In this document: piece by piece, positions 1 through 9,073 of the stretch
Numbering within the stretch: position 1 is the stretch's first letter
Layout: every line of letters starts with the position of its first letter
Virus record (IMG/VR): IMGVR_UViG_3300044568_002560
Reading direction: 5' to 3' (one strand)
Source of the DNA: an uncultured virus (IMG/VR IMGVR_UViG_3300044568_002560)
Taxonomy: Duplodnaviria > Heunggongvirae > Uroviricota > Caudoviricetes > Ackermannviridae
Length of the DNA: 56,667 nt
Notes under the pieces: model-generated
Told to the model about the DNA's origin: nothing
Seen by the model: the letters and a program-made list of their open reading frames with translations, nothing else
Databases searched by the model: none
Made by a program: the position numbers and the translations under genes

Positions 1-491
1 TGATATTCAGGATTCATGGCACTCTGAATCTTCTCAAAAATCTTCTTGCCGTAACGGAACAGGAACACCTTGCCCTCGTTTTCAGGATTCTTGGGATCGC
101 TGACCACAAGAATGTTGCTGACATACGACAGGCGACGCTTGCGGTCACGAGCCAACTTCTTGTCCTCGTCGCTACCGCTGTTCCACAACTGCGAATTCAG
201 TTCCGAAACCGGATCCTTTAGACCAATGGTGGTGAGCGAATTCTCAATGTACCAACCACCCGGACCACGGAAACCGTGATTCCACACTCGTGCCCACGGC
301 AGGTCTTCACCTTCAACCGCAGGTAGGAAGCGGATCACCGCGTATCCGTTAGAAGTCTTGTCTAGTGCGGGCTTCCAAAATCGGTCGTCCTTGTAGGACT
401 CTGAACGCTTGTTCAGTTTTTCCATTTCAGCCGCAAGGGACTGGTAGGAAGTGGGCGACTTGGAACGGCTCTTCATATCCTTGAAACTCAT
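1..491 (-). CDS. gp32: T4-like single-stranded DNA-binding protein gp32 (3' part runs off window)
   Basis: Manual translation from ATG 491 (SD AAGGAG): MSFKDMKSRSK...DDRFWKPALDKTSNGYAVIRFLP...WNHGFRGPGGWYIENSLTTIGLKDPV...GKVFLFRYGKKIFEKI, which are hallmark gp32 motifs; absent from the ORF track. Confidence 0.95.
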   Translation of the reverse strand, partial: MSFKDMKSRSKSPTSYQSLAAEMEKLNKRSESYKDDRFWKPALDKTSNGYAVIRFLPAVEGEDLPWARVWNHGFRGPGGWYIENSLTTIGLKDPVSELNSQLWNSGSDEDKKLARDRKRRLSYVSNILVVSDPKNPENEGKVFLFRYGKKIFEKIQSAMNPEY

Positions 492-553
492 GCGTATCTC
501 CTTGTACTATTTGTACTGTGTGTTGATGTGTTGACGAACAATTCAGACACAGG

Positions 554-593
554 TATTTAGGAGCAATATACCCCAATACCTACGGCTTGTCAA
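554..593 (-). promoter_or_regulatory. Tandem sigma70-type (TTGACA-17-TATATT) and late-type (CTAAATA) promoters for gp32
   Basis: Motifs read directly at 565-593 and 554-560. Confidence 0.7.
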
Positions 594-596
594 GTG

Positions 597-830
597 TCAA
601 ATAGGAAGTTTTGCCTTCTTGGGAAGCAGATTCAAATTCTGTCCTTCAGCCCGTATCTTTTCAATTATGGGCTTGTTCAGGAATTTAGCGGCTACTTGGG
701 GTTCAATCCCGTACCGCTCACACACCGCAATCACGGAGTCAATATACGAAACTCCATATTTTTGAGCGTGTACTTCTACTTCTTTAGGAAACCGTGCATT
801 GTTTACTTCCATATCCAACCTTTCGTTCAT
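597..830 (-). CDS. gp33: Late transcription coactivator gp33
   Basis: SYIDSVIAVCERYGIEP...KPIIEKIRAEGQNLNLL pattern, size, adjacency to gp32. Confidence 0.85.
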   Translation of the reverse strand: MNERLDMEVNNARFPKEVEVHAQKYGVSYIDSVIAVCERYGIEPQVAAKFLNKPIIEKIRAEGQNLNLLPKKAKLPI

Positions 831-836
831 GCGTCA

Positions 837-901
837 TATTTAGCGTGCTGCATTCCACTGATGCGTTGGCAGCATCATACACGCAAAAACCGCGTTGTCA
901 A
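837..901 (-). promoter_or_regulatory. sigma70-type promoter TTGACA-16-TATGAT (874-901) plus CTAAATA (837-843) upstream of gp33
   Basis: Motifs read directly. Confidence 0.6.
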
Positions 902-1089
902 CGCTGAAATAATGCGATTTCTGTTTAAACGGTTTTGCAGAAGGAATGGGGCGTTTTACCCCTTAACCGTGCCGCCAGTCTATCCGCACCCCCAAATGCA
1001 GCACAGGGCATCCACGGCGGCTGTACAGCACGGAAATCCCTGTTTCCACCACCCTATGCCGTAGATTATGGGACTGCCTGTTATCGGAC

Positions 1090-1188
1090 TTATTTGAGAG
1101 ACAGCAGGTACTTGGTTTGGTTCAGCACCGCTAGCATCTCGTCCCGAATATTTGAAAGATCGGTATCATCGTCTTCCAAATACTTCAA
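1090..1188 (-). pseudogene. C-terminal fragment of a ferritin/Dps-like (DUF5856-type) phage protein
   Basis: (L)KYLEDDDTDLSNIRDEMLAVLNQTKYLLSLK*; in-frame TAG just upstream, so the N-terminal part is missing. Confidence 0.6.
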
Positions 1189-1418
1189 GTATTTAGGAGG
1201 CGGCTATCCTTCCGATTAGAGCGTTCTGCGGATTTCCATAAGCCTTCGCTAAACCCTGCGTGGCGACCGTGTGCGTATCCCGTGGAATACGCCCGTCTGT
1301 AAAACCACATTTGGGCAGCAACGAATGCGGACAGCCCCGAAACAATAAGAAATACAATCTGTAGGTCTTCCATACTGGTATGTTGATTTGGGAAGAGTGT
1401 TGAACTAGGTCTTAACAA
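1185..1418 (-). CDS. Small single-TM membrane protein
   Basis: Hydrophobic segment LQIVFLIVSGLSAFVAAQMWF followed by YxxGYxxG-like repeats; true start probably M16. Confidence 0.55.
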   Translation of the reverse strand: MLRPSSTLFPNQHTSMEDLQIVFLIVSGLSAFVAAQMWFYRRAYSTGYAHGRHAGFSEGLWKSAERSNRKDSRLLNT

Positions 1419-1425
1419 TGAAAAA

Positions 1426-1498
1426 TGGCGAAGGTTGGAATTGAACCAACGACTTATCCCGTATGAAAGGATTGTTCTGCCATCTGAACTACTTCGCC
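1426..1498 (-). tRNA. tRNA with CAT anticodon (elongator Met or lysidine-Ile), no encoded CCA
   Basis: Cloverleaf GGCGAAG/CTTCGCC, anticodon arm ATCCT-TTCATAC-GGGAT, T-loop TTCAATT. Confidence 0.92.
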
Positions 1499-1519
1499 AA
1501 ACAACAAACGCAGATTAAG

Positions 1520-1592
1520 TGAGCCTACGGAGATTCGAACTCCGGTCAAGAGGATGAAAGCCTCCTATCCTAGACCACTAGACGATAGGCCC
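1520..1592 (-). tRNA. tRNA-Glu(TTC)
   Basis: Cloverleaf GGGCCTA/TAGGCTC, anticodon loop CTTTCAT, T-loop TTCGAAT. Confidence 0.93.
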
Positions 1593-1647
1593 GTAATCTG
1601 ATCTTTTCAACCGCTGCGAGGGAAAGACCAGTAGAAACCTGAACGGT

Positions 1648-1977
1648 TCAGTAGGGGTATCCGTACTGACCGTAGTTAGGAACAACCACGGGAACCACAG
1701 GAACTGCACCGTAGCCACCATACGGCATACCCATACCAACACCACCCATGCCCATGCCACCGCCGTAGATTGGGCCGTAACCGTAATCACGCACATGAAC
1801 CGACTGCTCGTTCGTGCCCGTGAAGTTGGGATTATAGTTGTAGCCATTGCTCTTGTTCACATAAGTCTCCACCTTGCCATCAGGCATGGTCACGGTTCGC
1901 GTGATGTCGGTTTGCGTGTAGCAACCAAAACCACAGAACAGGAAAGACGAAACAAGGGCAGTAGACGCGAATCGCAT
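1648..1977 (-). CDS. Gly/Tyr-rich putative lipoprotein
   Basis: Start reassigned to ATG 1977 (SD GGAG); signal-like MRFASTALVSSFLFCGFGC; G/Y/M-rich tail. Confidence 0.65.
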   Translation of the reverse strand: MRFASTALVSSFLFCGFGCYTQTDITRTVTMPDGKVETYVNKSNGYNYNPNFTGTNEQSVHVRDYGYGPIYGGGMGMGGVGMGMPYGGYGAVPVVPVVVPNYGQYGYPY

Positions 1978-2002
1978 TTTGAATGTCTCCGTTTTCAGAA
2001 GT

Positions 2003-2413
2003 TTAGCGAACAATGAACTGACCACCACACACGGGATACACAGGCACAGCGCAACCACCGTAGTACGGAACCACAACGGCAGGATAGATGGGCGCACCGT
2101 AGCAGCGCGTGAACGGCGAGTACACAGGCACACAGCCGTAGCCAACAGGACTGCCGTAGCCACCGTAGCCACCACCGTAGCCGTAGCCACCGTAACCGCC
2201 GCCGTAGCCACTTGCAGCGTTCACACCGATGCCGCCGCCAATGTAACTGTTGGAAACCCTATAAGTTCCCTGCGGCGTATCAACCTTGGTGGTACTGTAG
2301 CCACCACCGAAGTTTACACCGATTGCGCTGCCCCCGTACTGCGCCGAAGCGGAAGAGGCGAACAGAGTAGATGTTGCGAGAACGGCAGAGGCTAGAAGAG
2401 TCTTGAGGTTCAT
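2003..2413 (-). CDS. Gly/Tyr-rich exported protein
   Basis: Signal peptide ending ASA-Q, YGGGYGGYG repeats, SD AAGGAG, promoter TTGACA-16-TAACAT at 2435-2462. Confidence 0.75.
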   Translation of the reverse strand: MNLKTLLASAVLATSTLFASSASAQYGGSAIGVNFGGGYSTTKVDTPQGTYRVSNSYIGGGIGVNAASGYGGGYGGYGYGGGYGGYGSPVGYGCVPVYSPFTRCYGAPIYPAVVVPYYGGCAVPVYPVCGGQFIVR

Positions 2414-2466
2414 GGATGAACTCCTTTCACATATATGTTACCACAAATCGGAGGGGTGTCAAGCCC

Positions 2467-2598
2467 CTAACGAGAATTCCGATTATTTGATTTGGGCTTG
2501 GTGCAACCACAGCGTCCGCCATTTCTAATTTTAGAAACGGCATTTTTTAAGAGTAAAGTTTTTAATTTATCCCGAGAAGACTTGGGGATTTTAGACAT
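2467..2598 (-). CDS. Small basic protein (43 aa)
   Basis: MSKIPKSSRDKLK...GGRCGCTKPK; SD AGGAG and CTAAATA at 2612-2618. Confidence 0.5.
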   Translation of the reverse strand: MSKIPKSSRDKLKTLLLKNAVSKIRNGGRCGCTKPKSNNRNSR

Positions 2599-2614
2599 TT
2601 TGCTCCTAAACTAT

Positions 2615-3469
2615 TTAGGAGTTTTCGTCGTTCAATTCCTCAAAAATTGTGATCCACTTGGGGTCTTCACCACGACGCAGATACGCAGCCTTGGAAAAAC
2701 TCCACTCTTCACGCTCTTGAATCTTGTAACCGCTCTTGGTCTTCTTGGCGTAACGACGCGCAGCGTCTTGGTCTTCAAAGTATTCGTATTGCCTTGCATC
2801 GTTCATTGCACCAAACAATCCGCTAGAGGTCTTCCACACATCACCGGGGCGGTGCTTGTGTGCAGTAGTGGCACTTTCTCCACTCTTTTCCTGCTCGCCT
2901 GCGTGTTGTGGTTCGTCCTTGACATTAAACACAAACTTCTTGTTTGCGTGATCGCCCTTACGCAACTGCGAGAAGAATTGTGAAACCTTGTGCTTGGCTA
3001 GTTCAAGATTCTGTTGCCCTTCGCCCTTCTTGAAGCGCATAAGAACCTTGCCAACACCAGCACTTTCGTTTGTGCCGATATAGAAAAAGTCCTCATTGTT
3101 CTTGTACATCACGCTGTGTTGCTCGTAATGGCGACCCAACTGCACAATTTCAGACTTCTTGATTTGAGGAATCAGTAGACTCAACTCTTCCACAACGCCA
3201 CCTTCTTCTTGGTAGCCGCCCTTCATCTCAATGTAGCCGTATCCCATCTTGCGAACACGAGCCTTGAGATCAGCGTGACGCTTCATGTTTTCTTCGTTGC
3301 TTAATCCGCCACGGAAAGAACTCACAATACCGAAATCCTTGCTATCGTCTTCCACATATTGGAAAACGCGAGACAGTTTGGCTTCAACTAGTGGAGTCTC
3401 GCTTGTGTCTTTGCGATTAATCCACTCGTTTAGTTCGTTTTGGTCAAGAAATTGTGAAAACTTCTTCAT
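2615..3469 (-). CDS. Putative internal virion protein with DUF3293-like domain
   Basis: N-terminus MKKFSQFLDQNELNE; FGIVSSFR...ENMKRH...GRHYEQHSVMY; late motif at 3500-3506. Confidence 0.7.
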   Translation of the reverse strand: MKKFSQFLDQNELNEWINRKDTSETPLVEAKLSRVFQYVEDDSKDFGIVSSFRGGLSNEENMKRHADLKARVRKMGYGYIEMKGGYQEEGGVVEELSLLIPQIKKSEIVQLGRHYEQHSVMYKNNEDFFYIGTNESAGVGKVLMRFKKGEGQQNLELAKHKVSQFFSQLRKGDHANKKFVFNVKDEPQHAGEQEKSGESATTAHKHRPGDVWKTSSGLFGAMNDARQYEYFEDQDAARRYAKKTKSGYKIQEREEWSFSKAAYLRRGEDPKWITIFEELNDENS

Positions 3470-3887
3470 TTGAATGCTTCTCCTGATGGGGTAATACTAT
3501 ATTTAGCGGCAGTAGAGACTCGCCGTGCAGCATTACACCCTCATCTGTGGTGTACCAAATCTCTGAAAATGCACCAACACACCACGGCATACACCGTTCA
3601 CACGGGCGTGCCATCCGCATTTGCCCCAAATTGTTGAAACGCACATTAAAAAGCACTAATCCCCGTTCAGGAGCGTCTAATTTCAAAAATGCGTCCAATT
3701 CAGAGTGCATTTCTTCAAACATATACCCCTTTTCCTTGGCTCGGGGGTGAGTTTTGAAGCGGTTGCACCCGATAGACACGATTCGCCCCTTGCGAAGAAT
3801 GATAGAAATGTGCTTTTTCTGTCGTTTGATGTCCAAACACAGAGGATGCGCCATTTCTAGCAGTCTTTGGATGCGTTTCGCGTTCAT
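3444..3887 (-). CDS. Cytidine/dCMP deaminase-family protein
   Basis: HSE and RPCERC zinc motifs, IVSIGCN; start reassigned to ATG 3887. Confidence 0.85.
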   Translation of the reverse strand: MNAKRIQRLLEMAHPLCLDIKRQKKHISIILRKGRIVSIGCNRFKTHPRAKEKGYMFEEMHSELDAFLKLDAPERGLVLFNVRFNNLGQMRMARPCERCMPWCVGAFSEIWYTTDEGVMLHGESLLPLNIVLPHQEKHSNEEVFTIS

Positions 3888-3939
3888 AAAGAAAAGACGG
3901 CAAGAGGCGTTAGCCCCATGCCGCCCAAAAAGTATCAAA

Positions 3940-4314
3940 TCACAGAGTCTTGCAGCAAGTATCGGTCTTGGACTCGCTATGGTACTCCATCTCACGATAG
4001 ATGGAATCCGTAGTCATGTCAATCCGACGAGCAATCTTGCCGTTCTCGTCATCAATGTAACGATACGCAGCCTCAATATCACGACCGCGCTCATTCACTT
4101 CGTCCTGAATTGCATCAAAAGCGTGATCCATGCTCTGCTTCTGACCAGCAAGCACATAGAACACCACCGTAGTGCACAGGAAACTGTAGAACGCCATGAA
4201 AGTCTCCGCAGCGTTCAGGCTTTCCCCACCCTTCGCCCCGAACCACCAAAAACCACCGAAACCAATCACGCTCACTAGAGCGTATGTGCTGAAAATAGAA
4301 GTCTTGTTACGCAT
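3940..4314 (-). CDS. Two-TM membrane protein with coiled-coil tail
   Basis: SD AAGGAG before ATG 4314; two hydrophobic segments. Confidence 0.65.
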   Translation of the reverse strand: MRNKTSIFSTYALVSVIGFGGFWWFGAKGGESLNAAETFMAFYSFLCTTVVFYVLAGQKQSMDHAFDAIQDEVNERGRDIEAAYRYIDDENGKIARRIDMTTDSIYREMEYHSESKTDTCCKTL

Positions 4315-4417
4315 TTTGAATCTCCTTGAAAAAGTTTTGAACACAAAACACCCAAAGGGTGGGTGCGCGGAAGAATTTAGCATCCACACACCCACCCCTC
4401 ACCACAGGTGTTTCTGA

Positions 4418-4669
4418 TTAGGCGGTGAAGACCTTCACGGTCGCATCGCGCATACCCGAACCCAGACGCTTCGTCCAACGATTCAGCAGAATCGCAACGC
4501 CCTGCTCGCTGCACTTGAAGGTGTACGCACGACCCTCATCGGTGGGGCGGCTACGCACGAGGCTGATGTTGCTGCCGCTGATGCGATCAGCGAAAGCATC
4601 AAACTTGCCGTCGTTGCTGTTGTTGTACAGATTGACATTCACGGAAACGGTGTAGTTACGAGTCTTCAT
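4418..4669 (-). CDS. Hypothetical protein
   Basis: SD GGAG; promoter TTGACA-16-TATACT at 4754-4781. Confidence 0.65.
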   Translation of the reverse strand: MKTRNYTVSVNVNLYNNSNDGKFDAFADRISGSNISLVRSRPTDEGRAYTFKCSEQGVAILLNRWTKRLGSGMRDATVKVFTA

Positions 4670-4823
4670 AGTGAAATCTCCAAAATCGGGCTTGTGATTG
4701 AAAGAGCCGTTAGGTGCTGCCCGTTAGCACCGTTGGCTGACTTGTACTCCCATAGTATAGCATCATTCGCCACGATGTCAATACCCTTGGGAGAGTTTTC
4801 TATATTTGTTTTGATTACTTGAA

Positions 4824-5816
4824 TCAAATAGTCTCGGCGTTGCCCGACCACTTGATGTCGTGCAGGTATTCAAAATTTGCAGTAATTAGTTCACTAGTAA
4901 TAAATGCCTGCATTTCCGAAAAACTCTTAAATTCACGCAGACAACCGCTGCTGTAAACTTTAAACAATCCCAAAGTTTTAAGCACATCGCATTTATTGAT
5001 TACCAATTCCGTGCAACCTGATACTTGAACGGATTGCTTCAGGAAATCAAGATTCAACCAATTTACCAATCGCTTACGCCCTGTGGTTGAACCGTATTCA
5101 CCACCCAATTCAATAATTCTGTTCAGCGCAGGATCGTCCCACAGGGATTCAGAGAACAGCGGATCAACACCACTCTTGGTGTCGTATGCTTTTGCAACTC
5201 CGATCAGACGCTTAATTTTCTGTGTGGGAAATCCAAGAGAGCAAGCACCGTAAGGCATGGTTGTGCTGCTTGTCACATACGGGTAATCGCCGTAGTCAAT
5301 ATCCAACCACACGCTCTGTGCGCCTTCGCACAGCACCTTGCCGTCCAATTCTCCGTCCCACAGCCATTGGGATTCAAACACATCAACTGCTCGCTTGCCG
5401 CAGCGAATCATCTTGTCTGAATAGCACGGTGCAATGCCCTGCCCTGTGGTTCCAAGATGCCCCAAGTGCCGCTTGTCGTAATCAATGTGTGCTTCGGTAA
5501 TGATATGTGCAGCAGGAGAAATCTTTACAAGTGAAGTATCAAATCCTTCGCTGCGAAGATACCGAATCTCTTTGAAAAACTTGTCCGTGTTTATTACACA
5601 ACCTGCACCAATCACACACCGCTTGCCTGCAAAAATGCCTGAAGGAATAATGTGGGTCTTGTGCTTCTTGCCGTTTACCCATACGGTGTGTCCTGCGTTT
5701 GGTCCGCCGTTCCATCGGCACACCCAATCGTATTTGGGGGCAAGAGCAGCGGCAATCTTGCCCTTGCCTTCATCACCCCACGCAAGACCGTAGACCACAT
5801 CAACAGTTTCAATCAT
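4824..5816 (-). CDS. purA: Adenylosuccinate synthetase (short type)
   Basis: WGDEGKGK, GGPNAGHT, GTTGQGIAP, EGAQS, YPYVTSS, TTGRKR, NKCD motifs. Confidence 0.95.
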   Translation of the reverse strand: MIETVDVVYGLAWGDEGKGKIAAALAPKYDWVCRWNGGPNAGHTVWVNGKKHKTHIIPSGIFAGKRCVIGAGCVINTDKFFKEIRYLRSEGFDTSLVKISPAAHIITEAHIDYDKRHLGHLGTTGQGIAPCYSDKMIRCGKRAVDVFESQWLWDGELDGKVLCEGAQSVWLDIDYGDYPYVTSSTTMPYGACSLGFPTQKIKRLIGVAKAYDTKSGVDPLFSESLWDDPALNRIIELGGEYGSTTGRKRLVNWLNLDFLKQSVQVSGCTELVINKCDVLKTLGLFKVYSSGCLREFKSFSEMQAFITSELITANFEYLHDIKWSGNAETI

Positions 5817-6187
5817 TACAGTCCCAACTCTTCGTCAAGTTGTGCGAGTCTATCCATTGCTTCCTCACGCTCTTTGGTTTCAAAACAATCCCATCCGCGT
5901 ATCTTTGCGGTGTCCTGAAATTTCTTGCCAGTGTCTCCGCTTTGCCATGCACACACTTCTCGTCGTGCCTCGTCACGCTCACGCTTTGCTTCACGCAGAG
6001 CGAACGCTGCTTCGATGGACTTGTGGGTTTGCTCACGCAGTAGGGCTTCGGTGCGTTTAATAGCATCTGCCACGGCGTTCAGACGCACACCTTCGGGCAG
6101 GTAATACCCGTCGATCATGTAATCATTCTGTGCGATATAGATTAGGAAAGTGTCATCGCTCAATTCGTTGTAAGGGTTTTCAGGCAT
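5816..6187 (-). CDS. Coiled-coil phage protein (ERDEARRE family)
   Basis: ERDEARREVC...RGWDCF motif; probable start MPENP. Confidence 0.65.
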   Translation of the reverse strand: MPENPYNELSDDTFLIYIAQNDYMIDGYYLPEGVRLNAVADAIKRTEALLREQTHKSIEAAFALREAKRERDEARREVCAWQSGDTGKKFQDTAKIRGWDCFETKEREEAMDRLAQLDEELGL

Positions 6188-6620
6188 TGTCAATATCCTT
6201 GAAGCAGTCCCAACCACGGGAATCTGCAATTTCATACACTTCCTTCATGTCATGTGGATATGAAGTGGAACGGAACTGACAGATTTCCCTACGAGCCTCG
6301 TCACGCTCGGCGGTAATCACCCCACATTCAATGCGGAGCATGGAGCATTCCGTTTCAGCCTTTCGTAGATCGCGGTGCATCTCGTCGCGTTCCTTGCGGA
6401 GCCGATTGATCTGCTGTTCCATCTGCTGGTTCAGCACTCCGACAGGTTCGCAGGACATACAAGAACCTTCAAGACCTTTGAAGATTCTTGCGTATTTGGT
6501 TTGCGCTTCATCACGCTCCTCGCGCAACCGTTCAATTTCGTCTGCGGCTTCCCGACAATGCAGTTCCACAGAACGGTCATTGTGTAAGATGCTGCGTAAC
6601 CAATCCACGATATCAGTCAT
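6180..6620 (-). CDS. Coiled-coil phage protein (ERDEARRE family)
   Basis: MTDIVDWLR...EAADEIERLR; ERDEARREIC...RGWDCF; SD GGAG. Confidence 0.75.
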   Translation of the reverse strand: MTDIVDWLRSILHNDRSVELHCREAADEIERLREERDEAQTKYARIFKGLEGSCMSCEPVGVLNQQMEQQINRLRKERDEMHRDLRKAETECSMLRIECGVITAERDEARREICQFRSTSYPHDMKEVYEIADSRGWDCFKDIDNA

Positions 6621-6636
6621 AGTAATCTCCGTTTAG

Positions 6637-6709
6637 TGCCCCCAGCAGGACTTGAACCTGCAACCTACGAATTAAAAGTTCGCTACTCTACCAATTGAGT
6701 TATGGAGGC
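6637..6709 (-). tRNA. tRNA-Lys(TTT)
   Basis: Cloverleaf GCCTCCA/TGGGGGC, anticodon loop CTTTTAA. Confidence 0.93.
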
Positions 6710-6718
6710 TGAATGTCT

Positions 6719-6931
6719 TTAGAACAGGCTAGGCTGATTTGATTCAGCGTCCCTGTGTGTGCGAATCCGCAAATCGTCCATTGCATCAGTCAACTTGAAA
6801 ACCAAGTTTTCTAGTTCTGCAAGGGTGTAACTGTCCACCATCTCAATGGTGTCTACACCAAAAATTGCCATGCACGGCTTGTTGCCCTTGTGAGGATTCC
6901 GAACAATCTGTGTCTTGAAATGATTATCCAT
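6719..6931 (-). CDS. Hypothetical protein
   Basis: SD AAGGAG, coupled operon. Confidence 0.6.
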   Translation of the reverse strand: MDNHFKTQIVRNPHKGNKPCMAIFGVDTIEMVDSYTLAELENLVFKLTDAMDDLRIRTHRDAESNQPSLF

Positions 6932-7187
6932 TGGTGTTCTCCTTGTTTAGCCACTTGTGGCGAGCAATCAGTCCAAATTCCTTTTTAATGGTCTTGCCTT
7001 CACGAAACGCTTCCATCATGTCCATGAGGAACATTGTAGTGTGTTCGTCTCCCGAAATCAAGACCTCATCGTGAAGAATCTCAAACAAATCCAAAGTTGC
7101 TTGGGCGGTAACAGGATATCGCGTTTCGTTGTGGGTATGAAACCACAGAGGCTTCTTTTGTGTTTTCTTGCTTATAGGCTTCTTCAT
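6924..7187 (-). CDS. Hypothetical protein
   Basis: Start MKKPISKK overlapping the upstream stop. Confidence 0.6.
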   Translation of the reverse strand: MKKPISKKTQKKPLWFHTHNETRYPVTAQATLDLFEILHDEVLISGDEHTTMFLMDMMEAFREGKTIKKEFGLIARHKWLNKENTNG

Positions 7188-7438
7188 CGCTTGAACAGAT
7201 ACTTTAGTCTGCTCCAAAGGTTTTCGTATAGAGGAAATCCCAAAACTCCACGCTTCAAACTGTCCTGCCATCCACACCCGTCAGTTGCTCGGCTATATTT
7301 CAAAATGCTTGCGGGCGGATACCGATCACTTATTTCTCGCCACGCATGGCACTCATCAGACAGGATACGAACCTGCCGCAGCAGTTCTTCCTGCCGTTCC
7401 AAAAACCGCTCTTGGCATTCGCGGTCACACAGGCACAT
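7184..7438 (-). CDS. Hypothetical protein
   Basis: Start MCLCDREC coupled to guaC stop (TAATG). Confidence 0.55.
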   Translation of the reverse strand: MCLCDRECQERFLERQEELLRQVRILSDECHAWREISDRYPPASILKYSRATDGCGWQDSLKRGVLGFPLYENLWSRLKYLFKR

Positions 7439-8499
7439 TAGTCGCTGCCCCACACGGTGTTGAGTTGACGGTTTACGCGGATAAAAGTTGTGCACTTGCT
7501 CAAATCCTTGAGACGAGACGCACCCACATAGGTACACGCAGACCGCACACCACCAAGAATCTGCTGCATGACTCCACCAACCGAACCCACACAGGGAACC
7601 ACAACCCTCTTGCCCTCTGCTGCACGATAGGTAGCCACGCCTCCTGAATGCTTTTCCATTGCAGTAGCGGAACTCATGCCGTAGAACTCCTTGCCGTCTT
7701 CTGTTGCTTCTCCTGCCGCTTCGTCCGTGCCTGCAAACATACCGCCAATCATTACAAAGTCTGCGCCTGCACCGAATGCCTTGGCTACATCACCGGGGCA
7801 GGTGCATCCACCGTCCGACAGCACATAACCGCCTAGTCCGTGTGCAGCATCAGCACATTCCATGATGCACGACAGTTGCGGATAGCCAACGCCTGCAACC
7901 TTTCGGGTGGTGCAGACTGATCCTGGGCCAATTCCAATCTTGACAATGTTTGCACCTGCAAGAATCAGGGCTTCAGTCATTTCTCGTGTCACCACATTGC
8001 CTGCAATCAGAATATGATCGGGAAACAGCCCACGAATGGTACGCACATAATTCACAAACTTTTCGGTGTATCCGTTAGCCACATCAATACAGATAAACTT
8101 GATAGACTTGTGGCGATTCAGAATCCGTTCAGCCTTTTGGATTTCTTGCATACTGGAATTGGCATCACCCATTCCGATTGTGTACACCACATTGGGTGGG
8201 CAAGAGTAATCGGTCTGCCAACCGTACATGAAATTGTCCCATTGGGCTTCTGTGTAGTACTTGTGAATACCACACAGAGCATTAAACTCCGACAGCGCAC
8301 CAGCCATTTGGAATGTGCCAACAGTATCCATGTTGGCAGCAACAACAGGAACACCTGCCCATTGGGACTGCACATTGTCTGGAAGTCTGAATGTAAAACT
8401 TCGGGTTGTGTCAACCTTGCTGCGACTGTCCAAATTACTGCGCTTTGGGCGAATCAGCACATCAGCGAAATCCAACTTTACATCGTCTTCAATCTTCAT
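7438..8499 (-). CDS. guaC: GMP reductase
   Basis: [64 protein letters not shown]. Confidence 0.95.
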   Translation of the reverse strand: MKIEDDVKLDFADVLIRPKRSNLDSRSKVDTTRSFTFRLPDNVQSQWAGVPVVAANMDTVGTFQMAGALSEFNALCGIHKYYTEAQWDNFMYGWQTDYSCPPNVVYTIGMGDANSSMQEIQKAERILNRHKSIKFICIDVANGYTEKFVNYVRTIRGLFPDHILIAGNVVTREMTEALILAGANIVKIGIGPGSVCTTRKVAGVGYPQLSCIMECADAAHGLGGYVLSDGGCTCPGDVAKAFGAGADFVMIGGMFAGTDEAAGEATEDGKEFYGMSSATAMEKHSGGVATYRAAEGKRVVVPCVGSVGGVMQQILGGVRSACTYVGASRLKDLSKCTTFIRVNRQLNTVWGSD

Positions 8500-8517
8500 G
8501 GTGTACTCCTTTCACAA

Positions 8518-8589
8518 TGCGGGTTGGGAGAATTGAACTCCCGTGACGGGTTTGGAAAACCCGCGTAATAGCCTCTATACGAAACCCGC
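8518..8589 (-). tRNA. tRNA-Gly(TCC)
   Basis: Cloverleaf GCGGGTT/AACCCGC, anticodon loop TTTCCAA. Confidence 0.9.
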
Positions 8590-8595
8590 AACTAC

Positions 8596-8808
8596 TTATC
8601 TTGCACGGGAACTGACCCGTGCTGCCCTCCGAAGGTTTTCACGATCATCCGCACGAACCGCAACAAATTCAGGTGCAGTCTTGTGCGACCAATCCATAAA
8701 TCCAACAAATCCCACCTCACGGGAACACCGCACACAGGTAGTGGTGTGTGGCAGTGCTTCAAGCCGAAGTGGCGGAATAGTGTTTCCGCAAGTGTCACAA
8801 TTACGCAT
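8596..8808 (-). CDS. TraR/DksA-type C4 zinc-finger protein
   Basis: CDTCGNTIPPLRLEALPHTTTCVRC; start reassigned to ATG 8808. Confidence 0.85.
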   Translation of the reverse strand: MRNCDTCGNTIPPLRLEALPHTTTCVRCSREVGFVGFMDWSHKTAPEFVAVRADDRENLRRAARVSSRAR

Positions 8809-9001
8809 GGGCGTACCTCGTAAATGATTGCTTGATTGTACGGCACTCCACCTTGGCTGCGCCGTCCTTGTGCATTCGTCGCTGCTTGATGATAGCCTTG
8901 TTCCACCCGTAGGGCTTGCACACCTGTTGGCGGCTACGGGCGACTGCTGCGCCTTCACGCTCGGCTTCAAGATCAATAGGGTCTAGAACTCGCTTTGGCA
9001 T
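8801..9001 (-). CDS. Hypothetical basic protein, leaderless
   Basis: TTGACA-16-TATACT-6-ATG at 9008-9035. Confidence 0.65.
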   Translation of the reverse strand: MPKRVLDPIDLEAEREGAAVARSRQQVCKPYGWNKAIIKQRRMHKDGAAKVECRTIKQSFTRYAHA

Positions 9002-9073
9002 ACACAGAGTATACCCTAGAAAGAGCAGATGTCAAGTGGCAGAGTATTTGATTGTAATATTTAACTTGATTAT

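Noticed and set aside
594..1064. Plus-strand 156-aa ORF
   Set aside because: Antisense to gp33 and its promoters; no protein-like motifs
1076..1085. GATAACAGGC match to the 23S peptidyl-transferase region
   Set aside because: An isolated 10-mer is expected by chance
4666..4851. 61-aa ORF
   Set aside because: Overlaps a clear TTGACA-16-TATACT promoter and the structured leader of the 4418-4669 gene
4824..5816. PurZ (2-aminoadenine DNA pathway)
   Set aside because: The catalytic Asp in GDEGKG is retained; PurZ has Ser there, and no partner dATPase is visible
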